Of a stretch of DNA of 64,000 nt, positions 9,986 through 20,223 are shown piece after piece. The notes beneath the pieces are model-generated. The model did not search any database. It had not been told where the DNA came from and saw nothing but the letters and a program-made list of their open reading frames with translations. Location: the IMG/VR virus record IMGVR_UViG_3300025767_000007, one strand, 5' to 3'. The position numbers were made by a program, and so were the translations under genes. This DNA comes from an uncultured virus (IMG/VR IMGVR_UViG_3300025767_000007) (lineage: Duplodnaviria > Heunggongvirae > Uroviricota > Caudoviricetes). Numbering within the stretch: position 1 is the stretch's first letter; each line of letters starts with the position of its first letter.

Positions 9986-11086
9986 CTAATCATCCGTCCT
10001 AGGTTTTTTAAATACTTTAGATAAATTTTGCTTTTCGCTAGTAATACCTTTTTCGTCTGCTGGATTACTAGATCTAGTTTTGTTCTCATTATTAATAAAT
10101 GCATTAGTTGGTGTTCTAGGTCGTAAGTCGCCTCCAAATCCTGCTTGTTCAACACTATCAAATATTCTAAGCCATTTTTTACCTATATACTGGAATAATC
10201 TATTAGGAACAAAATCACTTCTAATAAAATATTCTTGCTGGTCAGGATTGTTAGGAAAACTTAAACCAGATGAAACTAAATTCGTATCTGGTAATCCGCC
10301 TACTTTAATATCTTTTACAGGTCCGCTATCCGGATCTGCTGTTGGCTCTTTTCCTTCTTTATCTCCAAAGAAAGATGAATCATCCCATAAGCCTGAGTTT
10401 GGTACAAGCACTTCTGAGGAGGCAATAACTGCTTCAGAAATTTCAACTTCTTTTTGGTAGGTACTTAATGCATTCTTTAAACTATCTTCATCTTCTGGGT
10501 CACCAAGTATTCCTCGATATTCCTGTGCATCCATCATTGGAGATGCTTTTATTCTCCATAAATGAGGCCACCATGTAGGACCAAAACCTTCTGCGGCCCT
10601 AGATGCATCATTAATAACATAAAATTTATTAATGCTCTTTGCACTAGCATCTAATAGTAAGTCATCATTTAAGTGAGGTAACTCTATAACATCACCAGCC
10701 ATAAGTTTTCTACCTAATATAGAAGCCATATCGTTTGTATGGAAAGTAATAAAAATAGTATCAGCACTAAGGAATAAACCAAACTGGCTTAAATCAAAGT
10801 CAGTATCTGCAACATTATATGTTCCTCTTAATTCGTAAATTGTAGTATCATAGACACGATCTCTATTTTCTAGAAATAGTAAATCTTGTATATCCAACTC
10901 AGATACATCACCTTTTGCTTGTAAATTTGGTTGTGCAGGATCACCTGTTTCTCCTTGTGAAGCAGGGCCTAAGTACTTGTGGATATAGATAGAGGTACCA
11001 CCTGCATTAACAGCTTCTCGTATAATGCGGTCTTGGTAGTGATAATCCTTACCTTTGTCGTTATTCCAGAGTTGAATTCTTGGCAT
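9986..11086 (-). CDS. Neck/head-closure protein (T4 gp14-like)
   Basis: DLLFLENRDRVY...FDLSQFGLFL..DTIFITFH...GDVIELPH pattern; SD and minus-strand late promoter upstream. Confidence 0.7.
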   Translation of the reverse strand: MPRIQLWNNDKGKDYHYQDRIIREAVNAGGTSIYIHKYLGPASQGETGDPAQPNLQAKGDVSELDIQDLLFLENRDRVYDTTIYELRGTYNVADTDFDLSQFGLFLSADTIFITFHTNDMASILGRKLMAGDVIELPHLNDDLLLDASAKSINKFYVINDASRAAEGFGPTWWPHLWRIKASPMMDAQEYRGILGDPEDEDSLKNALSTYQKEVEISEAVIASSEVLVPNSGLWDDSSFFGDKEGKEPTADPDSGPVKDIKVGGLPDTNLVSSGLSFPNNPDQQEYFIRSDFVPNRLFQYIGKKWLRIFDSVEQAGFGGDLRPRTPTNAFINNENKTRSSNPADEKGITSEKQNLSKVFKKPRTDD

Positions 11087-11111
11087 AAATGCTCCTTAAT
11101 TACATATATTG

Positions 11112-11163
11112 TATTTACCGTTCTTAGATTTAGGTTGACACCAAGGTAAGAATACTATATACT
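11112..11163. promoter_or_regulatory. Divergent promoters: late TAAATA (minus strand, 11112-11117) and sigma70-type (plus strand)
   Basis: TATTTA at 11112; TTGACA(11135)-17 nt-TATACT(11158). Confidence 0.75.
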
Positions 11164-11196
11164 TACTAGTAGTTAGTTAGAAATAGGAGAATATCT

Positions 11197-12411
11197 ATGG
11201 CTTTGCCAAAAGTAACAAAACGTAAAAAACCTCGTGCCGCTAGGCGTGTTAGCACAGGAGAGCCTAAGTTCGAAGGAATTGAATCTCTAAACGGACAAGA
11301 GTATTGTAAAACATACAGGCAGATGTCCGAGTATTATCGTTTAGACTGTAAGAGCTCTGACTATAAAGGTTGGGTTGTTGCATATTGCAAAGAACATGAA
11401 GAATTTAAAAGTAAATCAACTATAGTTAATAAAGTTCCAGATAGCAGATTTGGTCCTAGTCTGGGTTGTAGTGCTAGGTTGTTATCAAGAGGATGGCCAG
11501 ACTATCATCCTGCATATGCAGAATATTGGGAAAATCTAGCAGGTACAATGGGAGAGGTTGCTCCTTTAAGTACATGGCTTGATAAAAACATAAAAGAGAT
11601 AATTGAAGTTGGCGAGACAATCGTTGAGGAAAAGAAAGCGATTGAGGCAAAGAGTGCAGTTCCTAAACAAACAATACAAGATAGATTGAAAGAACAACTT
11701 GATGATCTGCTAGGTGAAATTGAAGGTGCAGTAGATGACTTTACTGAGCAAGGTAAAGCATTTGATGCATATAAATTTTTACAGTCAAATAACTTAGCGG
11801 CAAACTCTGCTCCTCAAATTGCTGAATTTTACAAGCCATTAATTGCTGAAATTGAAGAATACTTAAAAGGTGATTGCGAACAGTTAAACGAAGCATATGC
11901 TCACTTAGGAAAACGTGATGCTAAGAATTTTATTAAATTTTTGCAGTCTATTGTTGACGGAGCGAATGCATATAAGGCAATGAAAATTTCTACTAGGGCA
12001 AAACCTAAGAGAAAACCAATTCCAGCAGAACGTATTGTTAGGAAACTAAAATATCTAAAAACATATACACTAGGAGGACTTGAATTCAAGAGTGTTGATC
12101 CAAGAGATATATTGCAATGCTCTGAACTCTGGACTTATAATACCAAGACAAGAAAACTTGGTAGATTTGTTGCCGCAAAGCACGGTGATGTTGTAGTATC
12201 TCATCTAACAGTTAAGAGTACCAGTATTACAGGACACGATACTGAGAACAGTATTAGCAAAACACTTCGTAGGCCAGAAGAACAACTTACAGAATGGAAA
12301 AATGCTAGTCGACCTGAGTTACGGAAATTTTTAGGTAAAATTAAAGGAACAGAAGTTAAACTTCGTCCTAGGATATCAGAAGAGACGTTATTGCTAAAAA
12401 TTATAAAGTAG
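11197..12411 (+). CDS. Phage hypothetical protein (404 aa)
   Basis: Long ORF with AGGAG SD under a sigma70-type promoter; no recognisable catalytic motif. Confidence 0.75.
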   Translation: MALPKVTKRKKPRAARRVSTGEPKFEGIESLNGQEYCKTYRQMSEYYRLDCKSSDYKGWVVAYCKEHEEFKSKSTIVNKVPDSRFGPSLGCSARLLSRGWPDYHPAYAEYWENLAGTMGEVAPLSTWLDKNIKEIIEVGETIVEEKKAIEAKSAVPKQTIQDRLKEQLDDLLGEIEGAVDDFTEQGKAFDAYKFLQSNNLAANSAPQIAEFYKPLIAEIEEYLKGDCEQLNEAYAHLGKRDAKNFIKFLQSIVDGANAYKAMKISTRAKPKRKPIPAERIVRKLKYLKTYTLGGLEFKSVDPRDILQCSELWTYNTKTRKLGRFVAAKHGDVVVSHLTVKSTSITGHDTENSISKTLRRPEEQLTEWKNASRPELRKFLGKIKGTEVKLRPRISEETLLLKIIK

Positions 12412-12462
12412 CAACCCATATGTTCTAATATAATTGCCATAAATAATACGGAGACAAAATTT

Positions 12463-13209
12463 ATGGCAATTACTACAGAACGCAACAAAGTTATCAAATA
12501 TATCGAACTATCTCTTGGTGAAGGAATGGTTGATGTAGAATTAGACAAAGAACACTATGATATGGCTATTGATAAAGCGGTTGCCAAATACAGGCAACGT
12601 AGTACTCGTGCCGTTGAAGAAAGTTTTATGGTCTTAAAACTTAGCCCAGAAGAGAGCACCTATATATTACCAAGCGAGGTAATGGAAGTTAAGCAAGTAT
12701 ACAGAAGAAATGCCGGTGGTATCTCTGCTAGTGCAACTGACTTTGAACCTTTTGAAGCAGGTTACTTGAATATGTATATGCTAAACGCAGGACGAGGTGG
12801 CGGACTTGCTACATTTGAATTATATATGGGTTATAGAGAGCAAATGGGCAAAATGTTTGGAGCTCATCTAATATTTAATTGGAATGAAGTAACAAAGAAA
12901 ATCCATCTACATAGAAAAATTAGAAGTGATGAGGAATGTATTCTTCATATCTATAACCATAGACCAGACGAAATGTTACTAAGTGATTCACATTCCAATC
13001 CATGGTTAAAAGACTATGCTTTAGCAGTAGCAAAAATGTCTTTAGGACAAGCTCGTAGCAAATTTGGAGCCTTAGCTGGACCACAAGGTGGAGTACAGTT
13101 AAACGGTAACGACCTTATTGCACAATCTCAAGCTGAAATTGAAAAACTAGAAGCCGAACTTATTAATTACGTTGACGGCGGAACTCCTATTAGCTTTATA
13201 TTTGGTTAA
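12463..13209 (+). CDS. Neck protein (T4 gp13-like)
   Basis: LGEGMVDVEL...WLKDYALAVAKMSLGQARSKF...PQGGVQLNG; TAAATA at 12440. Confidence 0.85.
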   Translation: MAITTERNKVIKYIELSLGEGMVDVELDKEHYDMAIDKAVAKYRQRSTRAVEESFMVLKLSPEESTYILPSEVMEVKQVYRRNAGGISASATDFEPFEAGYLNMYMLNAGRGGGLATFELYMGYREQMGKMFGAHLIFNWNEVTKKIHLHRKIRSDEECILHIYNHRPDEMLLSDSHSNPWLKDYALAVAKMSLGQARSKFGALAGPQGGVQLNGNDLIAQSQAEIEKLEAELINYVDGGTPISFIFG

Positions 13210-13217
13210 ACAATGTT

Positions 13218-13246
13218 TTGACAATACAGTCAAATAATGCTATAAT
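13218..13246 (+). promoter_or_regulatory. sigma70-type promoter
   Basis: TTGACA-17 nt-TATAAT with an extended TG. Confidence 0.8.
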
Positions 13247-13273
13247 AAATTATTATAGTTAGGATTTACCAAT

Positions 13274-13786
13274 ATGCAATTACCCAAATTACTAGTAGTA
13301 GGACACGGAAGACACGGCAAGGATACTGTATGTGAATTGCTGGCAAAATATGGTTATACTTTTCAATCAAGTTCAAAGTTTTGCTCAGAACTGTTTATAT
13401 TCAACGATACTAAAAACAAGTATGGATATAAGGACGAGGAAGAATGTTATGCTGACAGACATAACCATAGAACTGAATGGTACGAAATGATACATGATTA
13501 TTGTAAGGATGACTTGGCTAAACTTGGAAGAAATTTATTTGCAAAGCATGACATATACTGCGGTCTGAGAAACAAACGTGAATATTTTGCTATGCAAAAC
13601 GAAATAATTTTTGATTATGCAATATGGGTAGATAGAGCAGATCACTTAGAATTAGAAGATCCAAGTAGTATGAGTATTGAACAATGGATGTGTGATTTTA
13701 CTATTGATAATAATGGATCATTAGATAGATTAGTAAAAAATGTTGATATACTTGCACAACGACGCTTAAACTTAACGTTGTCCTAG
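13274..13786 (+). CDS. P-loop deoxynucleoside monophosphate kinase-like protein
   Basis: GHGRHGKDT P-loop, GLRNKRE, and DFTIDNNGSL. Confidence 0.7.
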   Translation: MQLPKLLVVGHGRHGKDTVCELLAKYGYTFQSSSKFCSELFIFNDTKNKYGYKDEEECYADRHNHRTEWYEMIHDYCKDDLAKLGRNLFAKHDIYCGLRNKREYFAMQNEIIFDYAIWVDRADHLELEDPSSMSIEQWMCDFTIDNNGSLDRLVKNVDILAQRRLNLTLS

Positions 13787-13894
13787 AAATCTATAAATTA
13801 ACTACCCTAATAAATAGCCGGTTTTACTGGTCCTTTAGCTAAATACATCTGAGAAGGGCAGACGCCCTGTAAACTAAACTCGGAGAAAAAAATT

Positions 13895-16261
13895 ATGGCA
13901 ACTTTAGTTTCCCCAGGTGTATCGGTTTCCGTCATTGACGAATCCGCTTATGCATCAGCCGGTAATGGAACAGTTCCTGCGATTTTCATTGTAACGCGAT
14001 CTAATAAATTAGCACCAGATGGAACTATTGCAGAATATACAAAATCCAAATATGCTGGTTTACCTCTAACTATCACTAGTCAGAGAGAATTAGTTCAGCT
14101 ATATGGAGAACCAGAATTTACAATCGTAGATGGTACCCCAGTACACGGACATGAATTAAACGAATACGGTCTTCTAGCCGCATACTATTATTTAGGTGTT
14201 GCAAACAGAGCAATCGTAACTCGTGCAGATTTAAACGTAGAAGAAATGGAACCGTTAGATGTAGCACCAACAGGAGATCCAGTAAATGGAACTTATTGGT
14301 TTGATACAGCAAGTACTTCCTTTGGAATTTTTGAAGGTAACGGTACAGCATGGATTGCAAAAAGTGTAACACTTTTTGATGGAACACCAACAGGTGGTTC
14401 AGATGGTGATTATGCTCTTGACATTTCAGCAGATTTAAAAGAATTTTATAAAAACGAGTCAGGAGTATGGAACAAACTTACAACCGCAGATATTGCAGGT
14501 ACAGTTAACATTGCTCCTCACTATAACTTTCCAACACCAACATCAGGAGATGTATGGTTTAAAACAACTTCACCAAATAGCGGATTTAGTCCAGTTATCA
14601 AAAAGTATAGCAGTTCAACTGGCTCATTTGCACAACAAATTATTGGTCCAAATTTACCAGATCAACTTGTTGCTTATGTTGATGATACTGCCGCCGCAAC
14701 GGCATTTGGTACATCATTAGATGGAAACGATCTTTATATTAAGATTGCTGATCCTAGTGAAGCAAACTTTGAGGTTCGTAGATATGACGGATCTTCTTTT
14801 GCCGCTAATGTACAAGAAGTTAAAGCAACTGCTCCAGTAGGTGCTATTGTTGACGGAACACTATGGTATGACGCAGGAACCACAGCTGACGTTTACAGAA
14901 AAGCATCATCAGGATGGGAGCCAGTAGGTGCTGGTAACATTACAGTTGATACTATTGAGCCATCAGGTCCAACAACTGGAGATGTTTGGATTGATACTAA
15001 TGACCTTGTAAATTATCCTTTGCTTAAAGTATATGATGGCGCAGAATTTGTTGCTTTTGATAATGCAGATCAAACTACTCCAACCGGTGTATTGTTTGCT
15101 GACTTAACTGCTACCTTTCAGGATTCTACCGGTTCAGGTGGAACAGCTACAGCAATGGACAGCGAAGCACCAGATCCAGCTTTTTACCCTGAAGGAATGC
15201 TTCTTTTCAATACAGCAGTAAGTTCAGGTAACGTTAAAAAATGGAACGATACTGCAGGACATTTCCAAAGTGAATCAGGCAATAGAGACTCCGGTCCTAA
15301 AGCAGGATCCATGTATGCATTTGATAAAGCTCAACGTAGAGTTGTTGCTAAAAGATTGCAGGCAGTACTAACAGGCGGAGAAGAATTAAGAGAAGAAACA
15401 CTTAACTTTAACTTAATTGCAACTCCAGGATATCCTGAGTGTATTGATGAAATGTTAACACTAAACATTGATCGTAAGGAAACAGCATTTATTATTGCTG
15501 ATACTCCAATGAAACTTGGAACTAATACAGCAGAAGTTAATGCTTGGGCACTTGGAACCAATGCTGGTACTAACGGAGAAGACGGATTGACAACAAGAAA
15601 TGCGTCAATTGGACTTTATTATCCATCAGCACTATCAACTGATTTATCAGGTAATGATGTTGCAGTTCCAGGAAGTCATGCAGTACTAAGAGCTTATGCT
15701 TATAATGACGAAGTAGCTTATCCATGGTTTGCTCCAGCTGGTTTAACCAGAGGACAGGCAAGTGGTGTTAGTAACTTTGGTGTTGTTACAGCAGAAAATG
15801 AGTTCAAGAACGTTGCATTAAACAATGGTCAACGTGATGCACTTTATACGAAGAATATTAATCCACTAGTAAACTTTCCAGGAACTGGACTTTACCTTTG
15901 GGGACAAAAGACACTTCATCCATTTGCATCAGCACTTGATCGTGTAAACGTTGCACGTCTATTAGCGTTCTTACGTGAAAGATTTGACGTTGTTGCTCGT
16001 CCGTTCATTTTTGAGCCAAACGACAAGATTACAAGAGATCGTGTATTATTAGTATTCAATGCTTTCATGGAAGACATGGTTGCTAAGAGAGCTGTTTATG
16101 ATTTCTTAGTAGTATGTGACGAAACTAATAACACTAATGCAAGAATCGATCGAAACGAATTGTACATTGATATAGCAATTGAGCCAGTTAAAGCGGCTGA
16201 ATTTATCTATATTCCAATTCGTGTAGTTAACACTGGCGCGATAGCCGGTGCAAATGCATAA
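13895..16261 (+). CDS. Tail sheath protein (T4 gp18-like)
   Basis: LVSPGVSVSVIDES N-terminus; PWFAPAGLTRG, LWGQKT, LDRVNVARL, FIFEPND and EFIYIP C-terminal motifs. Confidence 0.95.
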   Translation: MATLVSPGVSVSVIDESAYASAGNGTVPAIFIVTRSNKLAPDGTIAEYTKSKYAGLPLTITSQRELVQLYGEPEFTIVDGTPVHGHELNEYGLLAAYYYLGVANRAIVTRADLNVEEMEPLDVAPTGDPVNGTYWFDTASTSFGIFEGNGTAWIAKSVTLFDGTPTGGSDGDYALDISADLKEFYKNESGVWNKLTTADIAGTVNIAPHYNFPTPTSGDVWFKTTSPNSGFSPVIKKYSSSTGSFAQQIIGPNLPDQLVAYVDDTAAATAFGTSLDGNDLYIKIADPSEANFEVRRYDGSSFAANVQEVKATAPVGAIVDGTLWYDAGTTADVYRKASSGWEPVGAGNITVDTIEPSGPTTGDVWIDTNDLVNYPLLKVYDGAEFVAFDNADQTTPTGVLFADLTATFQDSTGSGGTATAMDSEAPDPAFYPEGMLLFNTAVSSGNVKKWNDTAGHFQSESGNRDSGPKAGSMYAFDKAQRRVVAKRLQAVLTGGEELREETLNFNLIATPGYPECIDEMLTLNIDRKETAFIIADTPMKLGTNTAEVNAWALGTNAGTNGEDGLTTRNASIGLYYPSALSTDLSGNDVAVPGSHAVLRAYAYNDEVAYPWFAPAGLTRGQASGVSNFGVVTAENEFKNVALNNGQRDALYTKNINPLVNFPGTGLYLWGQKTLHPFASALDRVNVARLLAFLRERFDVVARPFIFEPNDKITRDRVLLVFNAFMEDMVAKRAVYDFLVVCDETNNTNARIDRNELYIDIAIEPVKAAEFIYIPIRVVNTGAIAGANA

Positions 16262-16283
16262 ATAAACGTAAGGAGATAAGAAA

Positions 16284-16880
16284 ATGGCAGTTTCAGTAAG
16301 TAAATTTAATGTACCTGGTACAACAGATGCCGCACTTGTTAGCCCTAAGTTATCTTACAGATTTAGAGTTACTTTCACACAATTAGGTGAAGGAGACACA
16401 GTAAGTTTAACTAGTCAGGTTGTAAGTGTTAGTCGTCCTTCCGTTACACACGACGACATAACAATCGACGTTTATAACTCCAGGATTTATATGGCTGGTA
16501 AGCATACTTGGGATCCAATTACATTAACAGTTCGTGACGATGTCACAGGTGCTGTTGGTAATTCGTTAGCCCAACAGCTTCAAAAGCAAATGGATCACGG
16601 AGGACAAACTGGACAAACAGCAGGCGGCCAATACAAGTTCACTACAGTTATTGAGAACTTAGATGGTAGCGAAGGCGCTGAAGTACTTGATGCTTGGGAG
16701 TTAGCAGGTTGCTATATCCAAAACATTAACTACGGTGAAAACAATTATGCTACAAGTGATCCATTACAAATTACTGTAATGATCAAGTTTGATAATGCTA
16801 ACCATACGGTTGCTGGAACGGAAGTTCTAACTGGAGCGGTTTCGGGTAATTCAACTGATAACGCAACGGCATCTAATTAA
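16284..16880 (+). CDS. Tail tube protein (T4 gp19-like)
   Basis: Follows the sheath gene; YRFRVTF, VSRPSV, AGKHTWDPITLTVRDD motifs. Confidence 0.85.
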   Translation: MAVSVSKFNVPGTTDAALVSPKLSYRFRVTFTQLGEGDTVSLTSQVVSVSRPSVTHDDITIDVYNSRIYMAGKHTWDPITLTVRDDVTGAVGNSLAQQLQKQMDHGGQTGQTAGGQYKFTTVIENLDGSEGAEVLDAWELAGCYIQNINYGENNYATSDPLQITVMIKFDNANHTVAGTEVLTGAVSGNSTDNATASN

Positions 16881-16945
16881 ACTAGTGGTTAATTAAAACG
16901 ATAAATATAAGTGAGACGGAAACGTATTGCTTATATAAGAATAGA

Positions 16946-16972
16946 GCAAAAGGGCCGTTAGGCCCTTTTGTT
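16946..16972 (+). terminator. Rho-independent terminator
   Basis: Stem GCAAAAGGGCC/GGCCCTTTTGT. Confidence 0.7.
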
Positions 16973-16992
16973 GCGACAACGGAGAATAATAC

Positions 16993-18189
16993 ATGCCTTT
17001 TAATTCATATGCTTTTAAGCAAATAGGAAATCTTGGTAACTCAGGTGCCTTTGTTGCTGACAGATCTCCTTACCTTAAGTATCAATTTATTGCTGAGTTT
17101 TCTTTAGATGATGCTAATAGAGATGCACCTCCAGGCGAAGATACGTTTCAAGGTAATGATAGCTCTAGAGAAGATACATCACAACAATTTACTTTAAAAA
17201 CATTTGAACTACCACGTTGGACAATAGATAGCCAGGTTATTAATCAGTACAATCATAAATCAGTTATCCAAACTAAAATGAATTTTGAACCTATTACCAT
17301 ATCATTTTATGATCAACAAAATGATGCAGTAGAAACATTTATCAGTGATGTTGTAAAAGGACAGTTTGATGCAACTGACGGTTCTAAAAATTTATCTCAT
17401 AGGCCAATGACAATAAAAGTTCATATGCAACAAACATCAGATGGAGCTCTAAGAAGCGACTTAGACGAAACTGAATTTACAGGAAAAACATATGAATTAT
17501 ATAATGCTTATATTGTTGATGCACAACACGATACATTAGACTATTCGGCAAGTGATGCGGTATTGTGGACACTTTCCATTAGATACGAATTTATGTCCTG
17601 GCACGAAGATGCAGGAAAGAACTTTAGTAATGTTGATATAGACAAAGACGGAAATTATATTAGACAATTTCCAGCAAATAAAGCACCTGAAGCTATTCCA
17701 GATACAAAGAAAAAAGCAGATACTCCTCCAAAGACAGTAGTAAAGTCAGTGGTAAAAGAAAGAGAAGTAGTGTTTAACAAGAAGTCACTAACTGGTAGCG
17801 AATCTCAAGAAATAATAGATGCTAGGAAAGATAAAATTAAGACCAGTCAAGCAGTTAATCAAAGAGACTTAAAACCTAATGCTCCTGTTGAAGAAGTATT
17901 TCTAAAACGTCTTGATAACTCAAATGGAAAACAAATTCTTCAAGCAGTTAATAGAAAAACTAGAAGATCTCTTTCACCATCGGAAGCCGCTGATGTTGCT
18001 AGAATTGTAAGACAGCAAGATGATAAATTAGGAGCAGGAGTACTTGAAGCTCAAAGAAATAAACTAAGCCCTGATGCTAGAAAAGCATTACAGCAAATTA
18101 ACTCGTCACAAAATACTAAGGTAAGAGAAGATATCCAACGTAAGGATAACATACTTAGAACACAACGAGATGCATCTAGGAGAGGTTAA
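16993..18189 (+). CDS. Tail-tube-fold baseplate/tube initiator-like protein with charged C-terminal extension
   Basis: Tube-family motifs LKTFELPRWT..NQYN..FEPITISFYD and LDYS...IRYE. Confidence 0.65.
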   Translation: MPFNSYAFKQIGNLGNSGAFVADRSPYLKYQFIAEFSLDDANRDAPPGEDTFQGNDSSREDTSQQFTLKTFELPRWTIDSQVINQYNHKSVIQTKMNFEPITISFYDQQNDAVETFISDVVKGQFDATDGSKNLSHRPMTIKVHMQQTSDGALRSDLDETEFTGKTYELYNAYIVDAQHDTLDYSASDAVLWTLSIRYEFMSWHEDAGKNFSNVDIDKDGNYIRQFPANKAPEAIPDTKKKADTPPKTVVKSVVKEREVVFNKKSLTGSESQEIIDARKDKIKTSQAVNQRDLKPNAPVEEVFLKRLDNSNGKQILQAVNRKTRRSLSPSEAADVARIVRQQDDKLGAGVLEAQRNKLSPDARKALQQINSSQNTKVREDIQRKDNILRTQRDASRRG

Positions 18190-18572
18190 TGAGTAATATT
18201 ATACCACAAGTAAAATTTGATCAAGCAGTACAGAAAGTCTTAAACTTGGGCTTAGGAAGAACACCAGCAGAAAATGTTGTTCAGAATCTATGGAAAGCAA
18301 GTATTGACTTAGGACTTGAGTTTAATAACTTAATTACTCAAGCAACTAAGACTGGAAAGTTAGTGGTTACTCAAGATGTTTTAAATAATATTAATACCAA
18401 TAATAATCCAAACGGTATCTCGTATAATGTAAAACAGCCTCTTAACATTCCACCGGTTGTATTAAGAGAGTTTCGTGTTAATAATTATGATTATGCTTAT
18501 ACAACACAACTTGGAGAATTAATTACTACACAAGATCCAAACGAGGCGTTATTAACTGAAGCCGGTACATAA
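18189..18572 (+). CDS. Hypothetical (probable virion) protein
   Basis: TAATG coupling within the structural operon. Confidence 0.6.
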   Translation: MSNIIPQVKFDQAVQKVLNLGLGRTPAENVVQNLWKASIDLGLEFNNLITQATKTGKLVVTQDVLNNINTNNNPNGISYNVKQPLNIPPVVLREFRVNNYDYAYTTQLGELITTQDPNEALLTEAGT

Positions 18573-18574
18573 AA

Positions 18575-19027
18575 ATGGCCAACAATTTTAAAAAAGGAAC
18601 CTATTCGGTTCTCAACCCAAACAAGTACACAGGTAAAGGAGCTCCAACATATAGAAGTGGTTGGGAGTTAACCTTTATGAGATTCTGTGATAATAATCCT
18701 AATATTATATCTTGGGCAAGTGAAGCAGTTAGAATACCTTACAGAAATCCATTTACTGGAAAACAAACAACTTATGTCCCAGACTTTTTAATAACTTATA
18801 TGGGAAAAAATAATCAACGTAGAGCAGAACTAATCGAAGTTAAACCTAGAGCTCAAGTTACTTTAGAAGTAGCTCGTAGCCAGAAAGAAAAAGCGTCAGT
18901 AATACTTAATATGGCAAAGTGGGAAGCCGCTAGAGCCTGGTGCAAAGGAATGGGTTGTCAATTCCGTATTATAACAGAGGAAGATCTTTTTAATAAGGCT
19001 AGTCCTAACAGAACACGTCGTAAATAA
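18575..19027 (+). CDS. Head completion nuclease (T4 gp4-like, TnsA-type PD-(D/E)xK)
   Basis: NPNKYTG..YRSGWE..FCD.NP..WASE..IPY..YVPDF..IEVKP..N.AKWEAA..F.IITE. Confidence 0.9.
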   Translation: MANNFKKGTYSVLNPNKYTGKGAPTYRSGWELTFMRFCDNNPNIISWASEAVRIPYRNPFTGKQTTYVPDFLITYMGKNNQRRAELIEVKPRAQVTLEVARSQKEKASVILNMAKWEAARAWCKGMGCQFRIITEEDLFNKASPNRTRRK

Positions 19028-19083
19028 CCTAATTTTTGGTTCAAAGTGAACACCCGTATGGTATTAAGATCATAAGTATATAC

Positions 19084-19605
19084 ATGACTAAGAAATTAGA
19101 AGAGGTATTTGGATTTTCTCCCGAAAGTGATGATGAAAACGATAGTACCGACCTAAACAACACAATTGACGCAGAAGTCAATATCGAGCCAGTAGTAGTG
19201 GATGAAATAAGATCTGCTCAGGCAGTAATAGATATGGCGAGTCGTATAGATACGGCTTTACCAACTGTTACAGATATGGCTAGTGCTGAAAGAGAATTAG
19301 ATAACCTTGCACAAAAGGCAGAAAGTCAAAGCGATAGATTAATGGATTTAGGCTTTAATGTTGATGACAGAAATGCCGGTAAAGTATTTGAAGTAGGAGC
19401 CACATTACTTAAAGTAGCAGTAGACGCCAAAGTATCTAAGTTAGAAAAGAAACTTAAAATGGTAGAATTACAGCTAAGAAAAGCAAAACTTAACCAGTCA
19501 GACGATAAGGATGATACAAATGTCATAGACGCAGATTCAACTACCTTGGCTAGTAGGAATGACTTAGTGCAAGCAATACTAAATCGTGTGGGTCAGAATA
19601 AATAA
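19084..19605 (+). CDS. Probable terminase small subunit-like coiled-coil protein
   Basis: ATG at 19084 preferred over the upstream TTG. Helical, ends with SRNDLVQAI, and lies upstream of terL. Confidence 0.5.
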   Translation: MTKKLEEVFGFSPESDDENDSTDLNNTIDAEVNIEPVVVDEIRSAQAVIDMASRIDTALPTVTDMASAERELDNLAQKAESQSDRLMDLGFNVDDRNAGKVFEVGATLLKVAVDAKVSKLEKKLKMVELQLRKAKLNQSDDKDDTNVIDADSTTLASRNDLVQAILNRVGQNK

Positions 19606-19625
19606 GAGTATGAGGAGATATAATT

Positions 19626-20222
19626 ATGCCCACTTTATTAGAATATATTAACCAATTACAACGGGAACACAAATACCGTGTAAAAATGGTTTTTTCGCCT
19701 AGCGAAAAACAGCTCGAGACTTTAGAAAGACATATGAAAAAATATGATGCTCTTGAAGTCGGAAGACCTGAAAAACTTATGCTACAAGCAATCCCTGCAG
19801 ACTTTCCTAACTATGGAGGTCACGAGGTTGTGGTAATGGACGTTACTACAAGATTGCCAATTCAGCCTGTTATGTTAGAGACAGAACTTAGAGAACTTTG
19901 TAGAGTACCAGAAGGAACTTTAAAAGTATTTGGTGCTGACGAGCCATTGGAAAAGCAAACTCAAAAATCAATGGAAGAAACAGATGAAGAATACGAAGCA
20001 ATTACAGGAACAGAATACCAAGACAAAGAAGCAAATGAAGTTTCTGCTAAAGATGTAGCAGGCGACGAATATGTTTCTAAACTTGTAGACTCTGCATCAG
20101 AAGATGACAGCAGAAAAGTAGTATTATCTAAAGAATCAGATGCTACTACATCTGGACCAATCCTAAACGACAAGACAGTTTCTGATAGTCCACTAACAAA
20201 AGCAAACAAAGGAGCAAACTAA
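19626..20222 (+). CDS. Hypothetical (probable head) protein
   Basis: AGGAG SD and TAAATA at 19599. Confidence 0.7.
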   Translation: MPTLLEYINQLQREHKYRVKMVFSPSEKQLETLERHMKKYDALEVGRPEKLMLQAIPADFPNYGGHEVVVMDVTTRLPIQPVMLETELRELCRVPEGTLKVFGADEPLEKQTQKSMEETDEEYEAITGTEYQDKEANEVSAKDVAGDEYVSKLVDSASEDDSRKVVLSKESDATTSGPILNDKTVSDSPLTKANKGAN

Positions 20223-20223
20223 A

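Noticed and set aside
18575..19027. TnsA-like transposase indicating a Tn7 element
   Set aside because: The motifs and context fit T4 gp4-like head completion nuclease; there are no tnsB/C genes or terminal repeats.
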